Of a stretch of 64,000 nt of DNA, positions 43,745 to 56,322 are shown piece after piece. The notes beneath the pieces are model-generated. The model did no database searches. It was not told the DNA's origin and saw only the letters and a program-made list of their open reading frames with translations. The position numbers and the translations under genes are program-made. This stretch comes from Octopus vulgaris (lineage: Eukaryota): contig OX597839.1 of assembly GCA_951406725.2 (NCBI GenBank), forward strand, positions 7,316,001 through 7,380,000, given 5' to 3'. Position 1 is the stretch's first letter; the number at the start of each line of letters is the position of its first letter.

Positions 43745-44478
43745 ACACATATATAGTAATAGATATAGAATCATATTTATACATAGAGTTACATGCATAT
43801 ATATATATATACATACATGCATACTGTAACGTAGGTGCGTGTGTATGTGTGAGTGTGTGAATTTGTGTGTTTGTGTATGTTAGAGAGAGAGAGACAGACA
43901 GACAGACAGAGATTGCGTCTGTATGCATATCTACACTGACACATGTATGTATACATAGCACTTTGATACCGAGGTATATAAAAACTAATTTGTAAGACAA
44001 CAAGAAGGCAAACTGTGTGTATAACATGTGTGGTCTGCTATGTACGCTAATAGTTTTATAATGACCACCCCCTCGGAACAATATACATCTAACCAAAATT
44101 GGTTTCTTAATTGTGGTAACAGGAGAGTATGAAGAGAAAAAATATCCTATCTTTGCACATGTATGAACATTCGCCAGTTTTGCTGGTTTTTGTACTTTTT
44201 CTAATTCTGTTATTACTTGATGCCGTTCTTGTTGATGATGCTGTTACTACTGTAGAGATGCTGCTGGTGGTGATGGTGGTGGTGGTGGTGGTGGTGGTGT
44301 TGGAGTTAATGGCGGTTTTGGCGTTTGAAGTGCGTGTTGCGGGTGCTATGATCAATGTTTTTGTTCTTTTTTTGTCTGTAATACATGGTGACGTTATGTA
44401 GATAGATAGACATAAACATACTTATATGCACACATACATACTTATATGTGCATATAGATATGCGCGTGTGCATATATA

Positions 44479-44545
<67 letters not shown>

Positions 44546-44722
44546 GGATACGTGTATGTATGTATGTATGTATGTATATATATATATATATATATATATA
44601 CATGCATATATACATATTTTATGTGTATGTATATCTGTATATCTCTTTTTCTGCGTGTATACATATATGTGTTTGGGTACACATGCATCTGTGTAAGTAG
44701 TAGTTGTAGTTGTAGTAGTAGT

Positions 44723-44842
<120 letters not shown>

Positions 44843-44849
44843 GGGTGAT

Positions 44850-45185
44850 TAAAGGCAAAATCGACCCCAGCGGAATTTGAACTCAGAATGTAAAGACGCA
44901 TGAAATGCTACGAAGCACTTTGCTCGGCGTGCTAACGACTCTGCCAGTTCATTGTCTTCAATATGCCATATATCTGATTCAATTTTTTAATGTAGGCCAG
45001 CAAATTCGGGGTAGTGGGCAAGTCAATTGCATCGACTCAAGTGCTTCACTTTTTCTTATTTTATCGACCCCGCAATGATGAAAAGTAAAATCTATCTCGC
45101 CAGAAGTTGAACTCAGAACATAAAGACAGCCGAAATGCTACAATTTTTGCCCAGCATGCTAACAATTCTACCATCTTATTGCATT
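44850..45185 (-). mobile_element. two old SINE family A copies
   Basis: AAAGGCAAAATCGACC...GGAATTTGAACTCAGAA...GCGTGCTAACG and a second, more diverged copy from about 45000. Confidence 0.7.
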
Positions 45186-45289
45186 CAATACACCATATAT
45201 GAAAGACAGTATGGTAATATTCATCAAATGTTACCTCGTAGGATAATTAGGTCGTTTAGAGAATGCACGGGCTAAGACTACGCGCCTTC

Positions 45290-45720
45290 ACGAGTCAGTT
45301 AAGGCGAGACAGTGTCACGTGACAACTTGCTGGGGCTGCCTTCTGGAGCCTAGCGGCAGGTACTTAAGAGGAAAAATTTTACAAGTCAGTCAGTCACCGG
45401 CTGACACTCGCTGACGGTACATCGAAGAGGCCAGGGAACAGAAGAAAGAAGAAGAAAGAAGACATGCAACCAACACCAGAGATGAAGACCCCTCCGAAAG
45501 GGGGGGGGGGGGGCGCCACGTCAAAACGGTAGAGGAGTAGGGGCCGAAACCGGACGTGGTTCCTCCTGATGATGTCTTGAGCTAACTGGATCCTATAAAG
45601 GAGCTGTTGCGGTAGCAGACCACGAAACACGGTTGTAATTCATTTCGGCGAATACCCAAACTATGAATATTTAACCCAAAAGACAAGATTCTCACAAGTA
45701 ACCTTCTGTTACCCTTTGTT
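45290..45720 (+). mobile_element. possible Penelope pseudo-LTR or solo LTR
   Basis: GC-richer block with TACTTAAG then TCAGTCAGTC, and CTGATGA...GAAAC hammerhead-like motifs. Confidence 0.35.
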
Positions 45721-46041
45721 CAACTTTCAAATATTCGACGTGTATTTAACAACCAACGTAACCTAACTCGTACTAAAAATCTTTTATTTTTTTTTCGTTT
45801 GTTCTTCCACATTCTATCTGACTTGTTTTCGATCCCAAAACACATATTCACAAATATGATCTCTATGAATAAATGCATTAATAAAGCAACACTAAAAATT
45901 GGTTTCAAATTCTGGCACAATGCTACCGGAAGGTTTGGGGGAGGGGGTTAAGTCGATTAAATTAGGAGTAATTGGGATTTGTGGAGAAGGCTCCTTCTCC
46001 GTGCACACAGCACAGAAGGATCTCAGAGCTAAGATATACAT

Positions 46042-46090
<49 letters not shown>

Positions 46091-46092
<2 letters not shown>

Positions 46093-46280
46093 ACAATTGA
46101 GGGTAAAATTAATTAATTAATTTCACCAAGTGTTCAGTATGTAAAAGGACCATTTAAGGCGAATTCAAAATATTACATTATATAATTAGGGCTTAGTAAA
46201 ATAAATTACTTTGCCACATACTGAACTTAGTAGAAATAGCAGCCCAAAAAAATTTTTTTAGCCGTTTCTGCTACTTAAAG
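46091..46280. mobile_element. family P2 fragment (non-palindromic copy)
   Basis: Near-identical to 3766-3957; starts at (TA)n at the same base. Confidence 0.8.
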
Positions 46281-46312
46281 TATATATACTCATACACACA
46301 CGCACACACACA

Positions 46313-46407
<95 letters not shown>

Positions 46408-46737
46408 TATATATACACGCATTCAAACTACTTTTTTGCCCGTAATCAGCATTAATAAAGAGAAAAATCCAAAGAATCAGTTTCCAAGACCCATCTCCCT
46501 CTCTTCATATATCAACGGTCTATTGACATTCCATGTTGAGCGTAGAACTACATGAGCGCAGTATCTTTTGAACTGATCTCGCTTCTGTTTCCCTGTCTTC
46601 AACTTTTGTCGTTGTTCTTTGATTTCACACGTTTTAGTCATCATCGTACAACCAATAATTGACATCAGATTGAGAGTTCGCCAGGGCAAGCTTCTCGAGG
46701 GACTTTTTAAAAACTTTCTGAAACAGAACTGGACGTA

Positions 46738-46758
46738 TACTACTACTACTACTACTAC

Positions 46759-46821
<63 letters not shown>

Positions 46822-46822
46822 G

Positions 46823-46860
<38 letters not shown>

Positions 46861-46945
46861 TACAGACGATAATGTTTTTGCTGTAGTTCCTGCTGCCCTT
46901 GCTGCTGCTACTACTATAACTACTACAACTATTACTTCAACTATA

Positions 46946-46989
<44 letters not shown>

Positions 46990-47070
46990 AGACGATAATG
47001 TTTTTGCTGTAGTTCCTGCTGCCCTGCTGCTGCTACTACTATAACTACTACAACTATTACTTCAACTATA

Positions 47071-47134
<64 letters not shown>

Positions 47135-47171
47135 GTACTACTTCTACTATTACAATTATTATAACTATTAA

Positions 47172-47225
<54 letters not shown>

Positions 47226-47307
47226 AGACGATAATGTTTTTGCTGTAGTTCCTGCTGCCCTTGCTGCTGCTACTACTATAACTACTACAACTATTACTTC
47301 AACTATA

Positions 47308-47351
<44 letters not shown>

Positions 47352-47433
47352 AGACGATAATGTTTTTGCTGTAGTTCCTGCTGCCCTTGCTGCTGCTACT
47401 ACTATAACTACTACAACTATTACTTCAACTATA

Positions 47434-47500
<67 letters not shown>

Positions 47501-47522
47501 TTACAATTATTATAACTATTAA

Positions 47523-47588
<66 letters not shown>

Positions 47589-47612
47589 AGACGATAATGT
47601 TTTTGCTGTAGT

Positions 47613-47653
<41 letters not shown>

Positions 47654-47667
47654 TTACTTCAACTATA

Positions 47668-47738
<71 letters not shown>

Positions 47739-47820
47739 AGACGATAATGTTTTTGCTGTAGTTCCTGCTGCCCTTGCTGCTGCTACTACTATAACTACTA
47801 CAACTATTACTTCAACTATA

Positions 47821-47884
<64 letters not shown>

Positions 47885-47921
47885 GTACTACTTCTACTAT
47901 TACAATTATTATAACTATTAA

Positions 47922-48006
<85 letters not shown>

Positions 48007-48120
48007 GCTACTGCTACTATCACTACAGATGATAATATTGTTGCTGTAGTTGCTGTTGCTGCTATAACTACTACGAATAATACTACAACTACTACTAATA
48101 CTATTACTACAACAACAACA

Positions 48121-48162
<42 letters not shown>

Positions 48163-48170
48163 GCTACTGC

Positions 48171-48202
<32 letters not shown>

Positions 48203-48205
48203 ATA

Positions 48206-48244
<39 letters not shown>

Positions 48245-48245
48245 C
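46738..48245. repeat. higher-order (TAC)n minisatellite
   Basis: ACAGACGATAATGTTTTTGCTGTAGTT recurs at about 46862, 46988, 47223, 47350, 47587 and 47737 among TAC runs. Confidence 0.92.
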
Positions 48246-48394
48246 TCCTACGGCTGCTGCTTACGATGTTGAGGATGACTCCAAGAAAATGGATGCCAGG
48301 AATAATGACGATTAATTCAATTGTATAGCAAAACAATGAGGAAATATAAGAAGGATATAAGCATCCATCCATCTATCCATGCATACATACGTAT

Positions 48395-48451
<57 letters not shown>

Positions 48452-48599
48452 AGTAATGAGAGAGAGTCCACATGTGATCACTCTAACGCAAGATATAGAT
48501 CCACGAAGGGAATCCAGCACTAAAGAATTGTTCTCAAGAATTAATTAAAATGTATATATATATATATATATATGCATTATGTGTGAATATGTATGTATA

Positions 48600-48667
<68 letters not shown>

Positions 48668-48837
48668 CGTATGTATATATATGTATACATGCAAGATTAA
48701 AATAATAATTGATCTTTAGCCACACCCAGGTATATATGTAAACAATATAAACTTTTTACTTCAAAGGCTGTTAAACATACATATGTATATATGAATGTAC
48801 GTACGTATGTGTATATATATATACAATTGCGTATGTA

Positions 48838-48955
<118 letters not shown>

Positions 48956-49273
48956 CTTCCAGTACGGAAATGAAAACAAAATAGGATTAACTTTACACAT
49001 ATCATTCCCTGAATAGGGTTGTGCCATTAACTTTAAACATGCCCTCGAGTCTCTGGAGGGCAAGATATATATGGGAAGAGAAATGAGGCGAGATGGTTCA
49101 GTTAAATAGAAGTATTTCAGACATTTTATTCAACAGGAAAAGATAACAAACCCCTTTAAACTCCAACGAAAACCGGGAAGAGATAAATAAAGGTATCCAT
49201 AGTACGATGCTCCCAGTGGTTTGTACTGATTACACCCAGTCTTCAATATATACACACCCCTTATACACACATA

Positions 49274-49324
<51 letters not shown>

Positions 49325-49327
<3 letters not shown>

Positions 49328-49586
49328 TAATACTAAGTAATTAAGGGTTTAGCAACGAATTGCCTCACCAACACACCGAATTTAGAAATAGCAGTCAAAG
49401 AGATATAGCTATTCCTTCTACTAAAAGGGGGATCTCAGTAAAAACACAGCACTTAAAAGGCAATTCGTTGCTAAACCCTTAATTACTTAGTATTACTTAA
49501 ATTTTCCTCGAATGGGGCTTTTACATACCGAAATCTACTTGGTGTAATTGATAATTATCCCTAATTAATTAATTTCACCCTTTTAT

Positions 49587-49590
<4 letters not shown>
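49325..49590. mobile_element. P2-related (TA)n-flanked element with ~41-bp inverted repeat
   Basis: AAGTAATACTAAGTAATTAAGGGTTTAGCAACGAATTGCCT inverted at about 49458-49498; right end is homologous (reverse) to 3775-3850. Confidence 0.7.
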
Positions 49591-49653
<63 letters not shown>

Positions 49654-49702
49654 CGTTTATACATATGTGTACATACAAACATTTGTGTGTGTGTGTGTTT
49701 AA

Positions 49703-49822
49703 TAGTGGCTATGTGGTAAGTAGCTAGCTTCCCAACCACATAGTTCTGGGTTCAGTCCCAATGCATGATACCTTCCGTTTGACCATAGTCTTGTGAGTGG
49801 ATTTCATAGACGGAAACTGAAA
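49703..49822 (+). mobile_element. SINE family B 5' fragment
   Basis: AGTGGCTATGTGGTAAGTAGC...GGGTTCAGTCCC...GACGGAAACTGAAA. Confidence 0.75.
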
Positions 49823-49964
49823 CAAGAAGATATGAAAGTTATGCATCATTGTGTGTCTTCTTTTTGTTTCTGACTAAATACTTTCAGATTCATAAATTAG
49901 ATAATCGCTATAGACTGAAATACAATCATAGGCCTCTACAAAGTAGGCGAAAGTAATAAGCTTA

Positions 49965-50345
49965 TACAATGTTGTTGGCATCCTTTTTGTCTCGGGAGAC
50001 AATGGAGTTGCGCTTTTTGCGCAGGCCTGGGCTAGAAATAAGAAAATCCTGGGTAGCCCAATCGTCAAGATTCCTCTCTCGACCTTGCTGATGTAGTCCA
50101 AAGGAGTGCAGAGCATTACGTTTGGCACCAGCTTGGTTGCAGGAGCTGCCGGAAGAGTGTCGAGTCGAACACTAAACCGCCTTCGGGGCTCCACTCCCGA
50201 TTTCTTTGAAGGTTGTCTCCTTTCCGTAACCCTGGATAGGGGCACATACCGGGTACTGTCAGCCAAAGCAAGCTGAGCCCGGGACTCGTGTCAGGAAGGG
50301 TCGTCACTCCCTGAAGTAGTGAAGAAGTTCGCTACCCACTACCTT
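49965..50345 (-). mobile_element. ~380-bp non-autonomous element resembling an RTE 5' region
   Basis: Flanked by TAAGCTTA direct repeats (49957-49964, 50346-50353); interrupts the transposase; ends in CAACAACA; RTE link is from recall only. Confidence 0.55.
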
Positions 50346-50842
50346 TAAGCTTAAAATTAACCGAACAAAATCTGGAAATTTGTCAAGAAATTTCAAGAGA
50401 TTTGTTCCACCGCTGATCGATCTGGACATGACCAAAAAAAGAAGGTTGCGGACCCCTTAGCTTATCAAAAGTACCAGAGAAATGATACGAGGAAATCGTC
50501 GTCATTCCATCAGAGAACTGGCTTCCACAGCAAAATTAAGCTCAACATCGACGTATCGAGAGCTGAAGGAGGATCTCAGGACCCAAGCCTACAAAAGGCT
50601 CATCCCTCATGAGCTCACGCAATTTTATAAGGCCATGAGACTGAAAGGAATTCGTCTGAGCTTGCGTCAGATTAATGAAGGCACGCTGGTGTTCACTGAT
50701 GAACAGAAATGCGAGATCAAACGGAGAGTAAACCACCAGAGTGATTGACTCTGGAGTTAATCTGGTTCCGCTGAAAGTAGACTCGTAAATTGACGTCAAA
50801 ATGTAGAGTCAGTTAAGGTTTCGGCGGCTGACAGCTACTGGA

Positions 50843-51133
50843 GTAGCTGTACAAATATATGGGAAATTACCACCTGTATCCTCTCTTGTGAAAGTTAGAA
50901 GAGTCCAGTTTGCTGGACATTGTTGTAGAGCTGAAAACGAGGTAATTTCTACTCTTCTCCTCTGGACGCCATCTGCTCGCGATACCAGAGGGCGCACACT
51001 CTCCTACCCTTATGTAATCTCCAGGGATACAGGCATTCAGCAACAGGACCTCCGTAATGCTATGATGGACCGTGAGGTCTGGCGTAACATGGTATTTTCC
51101 ATTGTCTCGACCACGGTCGAACAATGAATGAAT
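50843..51133 (+). mobile_element. 5'-truncated RTE-clade LINE with 9-bp TSD
   Basis: QIYGKLPPVSSLVKVRRVQFAGHCCR...AMMDREVWRNMV...EQ*, (TGAA)n tail; GCTACTGGA at 50834-50842 and 51134-51142. Confidence 0.88.
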
Positions 51134-51610
51134 GCTACTGGAAGGTCTTCCCTCGTCTTTGTACATTTGGGTGTTAAAATTAAAACCAAGCGATACATTA
51201 GTGACACGCTGGAAGCTGAACTGCTTCCAAGGGAGAATGAGAACTTTTAATGTGCACCTTGGAACCTCCGACAGGACTCAGCACAATCTCACAGATCCAA
51301 ACAGATACAATGCGGAATTCAGGAAAGCATTCCGTCGTTCATAAGCAAACATGTACGGCTCTCAAGAAGACCCGATCTCAACACGTTGGATTTTTCTGTT
51401 TGGTCCATTTTGGAGACGTGATTCTTGAGCTCTGAAGCAAAAACTACGCCAGGAAAAGGCTTCGATTCCTCAAGAATTTAGGTGTGAAGAATTTAGGTGT
51501 GAAGTATTTTCCATTATTCAAAGAAATTCCAACTATGTTTTTTATGTTTTATTTATATTCTTTATAATATTAATGTAGAATATAGAATATATAGTATAAA
51601 TAATATATAT

Positions 51611-52838
51611 AAAACTTAGATAAAACTTAGATATGTTTCGACCAGAGATTGGTCCAGGCCATGTCTAACTTAATAGCACCACCTGATAGGATTATTCGAA
51701 TCCTGTTTAAGTCAAGTTCTGTTCAAGTAGTGAGTTCTTGTTGGGTGAGTTGTAACCAGTTTTGTTCAAGTAGTGAGTTCTTGTTGGGTGAGTTGTATCC
51801 AATTATGGGTGGCTTATCTGGTATTCTTTGAAGGAATCTATCCAGACTCTGTTTGAAGTTGATGGGATCCTTTTCCTCTTTGATCTCCCTCGGGACAATG
51901 TTAAATAGGGCAGGGCCTGTTGAGGAAAAGAAATTATGTTGCAGTGTACATGTATGTTGTGATCTTGAATTTGGCAGGGGACGTATAGCCCGTGGTCCAA
52001 GTCTCGGATGAACCTTGAAGCTAATGTTTAGGTCGTTTGGGCAAAGTTGGCGGTATATTTTCCACATCGTACAAATGATGTACCGCTCACGGCGACGCTG
52101 GAGGGAGTAAAGTTTCAAGGCTTTAAGGCGATCCCAATAATCGAGAGCAGCCATGCCTTCAATTTGTTTAGTGAGGGCCCTCTGGGGTGACTCAATTCTG
52201 GAGATGTTTTGTCTTGTGTGAGGAGACCACAGTGGGCAGCAGTATTCAAGGTGTGGCCGTACAAAGGATGAAAAAAGTGGTATGATGACACCTTGTTCTC
52301 TGGACCGGAAAGTTCTTAAGATCCAGGAACTCATCCTACGAGCTGTATCGACCTTCTTGTTGATGTGTGCACTCCAACTGAGATCGTCATCAACAATTAC
52401 ACCCAGGTCTCTGATATTGTTAGAGGCTGTGAGTGGTTCCCCTGAAGGAAGAGAGTATGGTTGTTTTAGTGAGGAATTTCTTCCAAAATGCATCAGCTCA
52501 AATTTTCCCTCATTCAGTTGCATTTTGTTTCTGTCTGCCCATTGACTCACAGCATATAGGTCAGACTGGAGTTGAGTTCGGTCTGCTTCTTCATTGACGA
52601 TTTGCTGGAGCTTAGTGTCATCGGCGAATATTTTCACTTTGCAGTGATGTACGACACTGGAAAGGTCGTTTACATAAATTATGAAGAGTAGCGGACCCAA
52701 AACAGTTCCCTGGGGAACACCGCTGGTGACTTTTGCTGGGTTTGAGTGGACTCCATCAACTACAACATGTTGTGTTCTATTCGCTAGGAAATACTGAATC
52801 CAGTGTAGAACTTTTCCACGGATTCCAACATTTGCCAT
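51611..52838 (-). mobile_element. 5'-truncated CR1-type LINE (family CR1-B)
   Basis: Open ORF2 part, 3' hairpin and (TTTATCTAAG)-type tail repeats. Confidence 0.9.
51723..52838 (-). CDS. LINE ORF2 reverse-transcriptase C-terminal part (truncated, probably non-functional)
   Basis: SGVPQGTVLGPLLFIIYVNDL, KIFADDTKL, RDLGVIVD, HLEYCCPLWSP, LYSLQRRRER; 371 codons without a stop; lacks endonuclease and N-terminal RT. Confidence 0.85.
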   Translation of the reverse strand: MANVGIRGKVLHWIQYFLANRTQHVVVDGVHSNPAKVTSGVPQGTVLGPLLFIIYVNDLSSVVHHCKVKIFADDTKLQQIVNEEADRTQLQSDLYAVSQWADRNKMQLNEGKFELMHFGRNSSLKQPYSLPSGEPLTASNNIRDLGVIVDDDLSWSAHINKKVDTARRMSSWILRTFRSREQGVIIPLFSSFVRPHLEYCCPLWSPHTRQNISRIESPQRALTKQIEGMAALDYWDRLKALKLYSLQRRRERYIICTMWKIYRQLCPNDLNISFKVHPRLGPRAIRPLPNSRSQHTCTLQHNFFSSTGPALFNIVPREIKEEKDPINFKQSLDRFLQRIPDKPPIIGYNSPNKNSLLEQNWLQLTQQELTT

Positions 52839-52905
52839 ATAGTAAAATGAAATGAAGTATTGATTATTTTATTGAATAGATGAAATGTTGAATATAAACT
52901 ATTAG

Positions 52906-52949
52906 GGGACTAGTATACTTTCATGCGTTTTAGCAGTCTTCAAGGTCCC
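52906..52949 (-). ncRNA. minimal type I hammerhead-like motif
   Basis: Minus strand GGGAC-C-UUGAAGA-CUGC-UAAAAC-GCAU-GAAA-GUAUAC-UA-GUCCC; 5-bp stem I, palindromic stem III; AATAAA downstream (52868-52873). Confidence 0.55.
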
Positions 52950-52981
52950 AGGTTGTGACAGGAGTGTTGCAACTGTGTTTT

Positions 52982-53083
<102 letters not shown>

Positions 53084-53222
53084 GAACATATAAATGTCTA
53101 TATATAAATATAAATATGTATATATATATATATAAATACCGGAGTAAACACATAAATGTGAAACAAGGTGGTAAAAAGGAGTACTCAAATACCAGGGGTA
53201 GAGTAATATGCTTTAACAAAAA

Positions 53223-53260
53223 CTGTCCGACGAACGGGTACGTGAAACTCCGAGTAACAG
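53223..53260 (+). ncRNA. compact type I hammerhead (U4C variant)
   Basis: CUGU-CCGACGA-ACG-GGUA-CGU-GAAA-CU-CCG-AG-UA-ACAG; all three stems pair; AATAAA at 53287; host block 53136-53296 is flanked by TA tracts. Confidence 0.6.
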
Positions 53261-53658
53261 GTATTGTTGAATTTCTGCTGCTTTTAAATAAAGTATATAT
53301 ATAAATATATATAAAGTATATAAATTTAAACATATATATATATAATTTTTTTCGCTATGTTCGTATCAGCATTATACATGAACCCTGTACACAATGAATA
53401 TAGGGTTTATCCACAAGGGACTAGAGACGTCGACCAGAGACCAGTGATCTGATATACACCGGAGGACCACACAGTTCGTCAGAAGACATAACAAGATGCC
53501 GCTTACGGTAGGGTGGTAATAATTATAACAAAAACCAAAAGCAAGTACGACAATAACATTGATAGGGGATTAATAGTCACAGCGGTGGGGATCTTAATAG
53601 CAAGAACAGAGTCATAGACAAGAGGTAGGTTCATAACTCCAAAAGGAAAATGATAAGG

Positions 53659-53713
<55 letters not shown>

Positions 53714-53759
53714 GATCAAGGCAAAGAACGGTCGTGTTCATTACATGAAGGATGTTGGC

Positions 53760-53843
53760 GATGATGATACTGATGATGATGATAATGATGATGATGATGA
53801 TGATGATGATGACGACGACGACGATGACGACGACGACGACGAA

Positions 53844-53897
<54 letters not shown>

Positions 53898-54151
53898 GGT
53901 GGTGGTGGTGGTGGTGATGATGGTGATGATGATGTTGATGATGATGATGATGTTGATGATGATGATGATGATGATGATGACGATGATGATGACGATGATG
54001 ATGATGATGATGATGGTGGTGGTGATGATGATGATCATGATGGTGATGATGATGATCATGATGACGACGATGATGGTGATGATGATGTTGATGATGATGA
54101 TGATGTTGATGATGATGATGATGATGATGATGACGATGATGATGACGATGA

Positions 54152-54185
<34 letters not shown>

Positions 54186-54266
54186 GGTGGTGGTGATGAT
54201 GATGATCATGATGGTGATGATGATGATCATGATGACGACGATGATGGTGATGATGATGATGACGAC

Positions 54267-54301
<35 letters not shown>

Positions 54302-54350
54302 CGATGATGATGACGACGATGACAATGATTATGATGATGATGGTGATGAA
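53760..54350. repeat. (GAT)n/(GGT)n compound repeat with internal higher-order duplication
   Basis: GGTGATGATGATGATCATGATGGTGATGATGATGATCATGATGACGACG occurs at about 54021 and 54192. Confidence 0.92.
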
Positions 54351-54501
54351 TAGCAGGAAATGGAAAGGGGAGTGGATATAGACAGTTTGAGGAAAACCCT
54401 TAGTGGTGTTTAAACGCCCTCTGTTACACACCCACGCACAGACACACACACACACATATAGACTGTCTCCCTTAGTCTCTCTCTCTCTCTCACTATCTCT
54501 C

Positions 54502-54537
<36 letters not shown>

Positions 54538-54549
54538 CATACATAGAGA

Positions 54550-54686
54550 TGCCGGTGTTCCTGTGTGACAAGATGCTTGCTTCCCGACCACATGGTTCGG
54601 CAACCAGTCTTCTATTGTAGCCTCGGGCCGACCAAAGATTTGTGTGTAGATTTGCCAGATGGAAACTGAAAGAAGCCCGTCGTATA
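54550..54686 (+). mobile_element. SINE family B 5' fragment
   Basis: CCACATGGTTCGG...GTAGCCTCGGGCCGACCAAAG...GGAAACTGAAAGAAGCCCGTCGTATA. Confidence 0.75.
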
Positions 54687-54927
54687 TATAAATATATATT
54701 TAAGGTATATTCTGTAAGGAACATAGCAGAGTACAATATAGGGCTCGGTTGCCCTTAGAATTACCGAATAGCCGGTAGCAATACGATATACTTGCAAGTC
54801 TACATTTGGACATTCGTCGTGTGTGAAAATAGAATTGAATAAGATAAGATCAAAAAGAAGGATTACGTTTGGGCAGTTATTTTTTAATCGCCACAAGGGT
54901 TTCCATACAACATAGTTTGTCATATAT

Positions 54928-55448
54928 AAACTTAGATAAACTTAGATATGTTTCGACCAAAGATTGGTCCAGGCCATGTCTAACTTAATAGCACCACCTG
55001 ATAGGATTATTCGAATCCTGTGTAAGTCTAATTTTGTTTATGGTCCATTCAAGTAGTGAGTTCTTGTTGGGTGAGTTGTATCCATTTATGGGTGGCTTAT
55101 CTGGTATTCTTTGAAGGAATCCGTTTAAAGTTGATGGGATCCTTTTCCTCTTTGATCTCCCACGGGACAATGTTAAATAGGGCAGGGCCTGTTGAGGAAA
55201 AGAAATTATGTTGCAGTGTACATGTATGTTGTGATCTTGAATTGGGCAGGGGACGTATGGCCCGTGGTCCCAGTCTTGGATGAACCTTGAAGCTAATGTT
55301 AAGGTCGTTTGGGCAAAGTTGGCGGTATATTCTCCATATCGTACAAATGATGTACCGCTCAAGGCGACGCTGGAGGGAGTAAAGTTTCAAGGCTTTAAGG
55401 CGATCCCAATAATCGAGAGCAGCCATGCCTTCAATTCGTTTAGTGAGG
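54928..55448 (-). mobile_element. second 5'-truncated CR1-B copy
   Basis: High identity to 51611-52176; frameshifting deletion near 55122. Confidence 0.88.
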
Positions 55449-55649
55449 TATATACAGGTATTTTTTATGCAATAGTTTACATGTATAATGGGATCGAGTT
55501 GTATTTCCTCAGATGATATCAAACTGCTGTCTCCGTTAGCAAAAAACCTTCGACTTCGATGCTAACACATCAATCTGCCTTGTTTGAATTTAGTCGTTGC
55601 TGGTCTTCTTCCTTCCTCTTGCTGTTAACGTTGTAGTAGTTGCTGTTGC

Positions 55650-55705
55650 TGTTGAGCGAACGGTCCTCGTCCTAGAGCTCGCAAGATGGGAGAAGTCCGA
55701 AACGT
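55650..55705 (-). mobile_element. SINE C tail type 2 fragment
   Basis: GTTGAGCGAACGGTC...AGAGCTCGCAAGATGGGAGAAGTCCGAAACGT matches 25096-25150. Confidence 0.75.
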
Positions 55706-55908
55706 ATACGTGGCTTGTGGATTCGATTCTGGCTAAGGTTACCTCATAATTTTTCGGTTATTTGTTTGTATTTAAAAATTGTCGCTTCAAATCGGAGAAT
55801 ATAATATTATTATGATATATTATTATACATTTATTATTATAATGAGTCATCTATAGTAGCTTTCTCTCCGTAACGTGGAAAGCCTTTCGGATTTGTTTAC
55901 AAATATTA

Positions 55909-55941
<33 letters not shown>

Positions 55942-56288
55942 TCATATATATATATATATATATATATAACATTTGCACACTTCCCCCCACTATCTGATGT
56001 CGCCTGGTCAGAGGTGGAGGCTGGTGGCATTTGATAAATCTATCGAATATGGTGTTGACGAAAGAAATTAGGCAATTTCTAGCCTACGATCTAGAAACAT
56101 GTTCACCATTAACGGTAAGAGATTGTTTTCTTTTATTTGCTACTCCGATTTTGCGTATGTGAATCGCAGGGTTTGTCGTATATGGAACCTCCACATGTAG
56201 AAAATGGAAATAAACAGTCTTTGACTGCCATTTCTAATTCCTTCGGTATGCGGCAGAGCAACCTGTTGCCTGCCCTTTTAACTATATT

Positions 56289-56319
<31 letters not shown>

Positions 56320-56322
<3 letters not shown>

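Larger units (their letters stand above)
49915..51421 (+). pseudogene. Tc1/mariner DD37D (maT-type) transposase, decayed and interrupted twice
   Basis: NTIIGLYKVGESNKL / KINR...DRSG / RHSIRELA...LKEDL...AYK...VFTDE (D at 50698) / TATG / RSSLVFV...QDSA (D at 51275)...PDLNTLD (D at 51389) FSVWSILE; 37 residues counted between the second and third Asp. Confidence 0.85.

Noticed and set aside
46477-46700. Very old RTE-like fragment (KRDQFKRYCAHVV)
   Set aside because: Similarity to the RLRWxGHV motif is too weak to support
49874-50266. 130-aa ORF as a host gene
   Set aside because: Lies mostly inside an insertion bounded by direct repeats and crosses its border; no recognisable domain
56222-56280. 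HDV-like ribozyme
   Set aside because: P1-like and P4-like stems exist but P2 and the catalytic J4/2 strand cannot be formed
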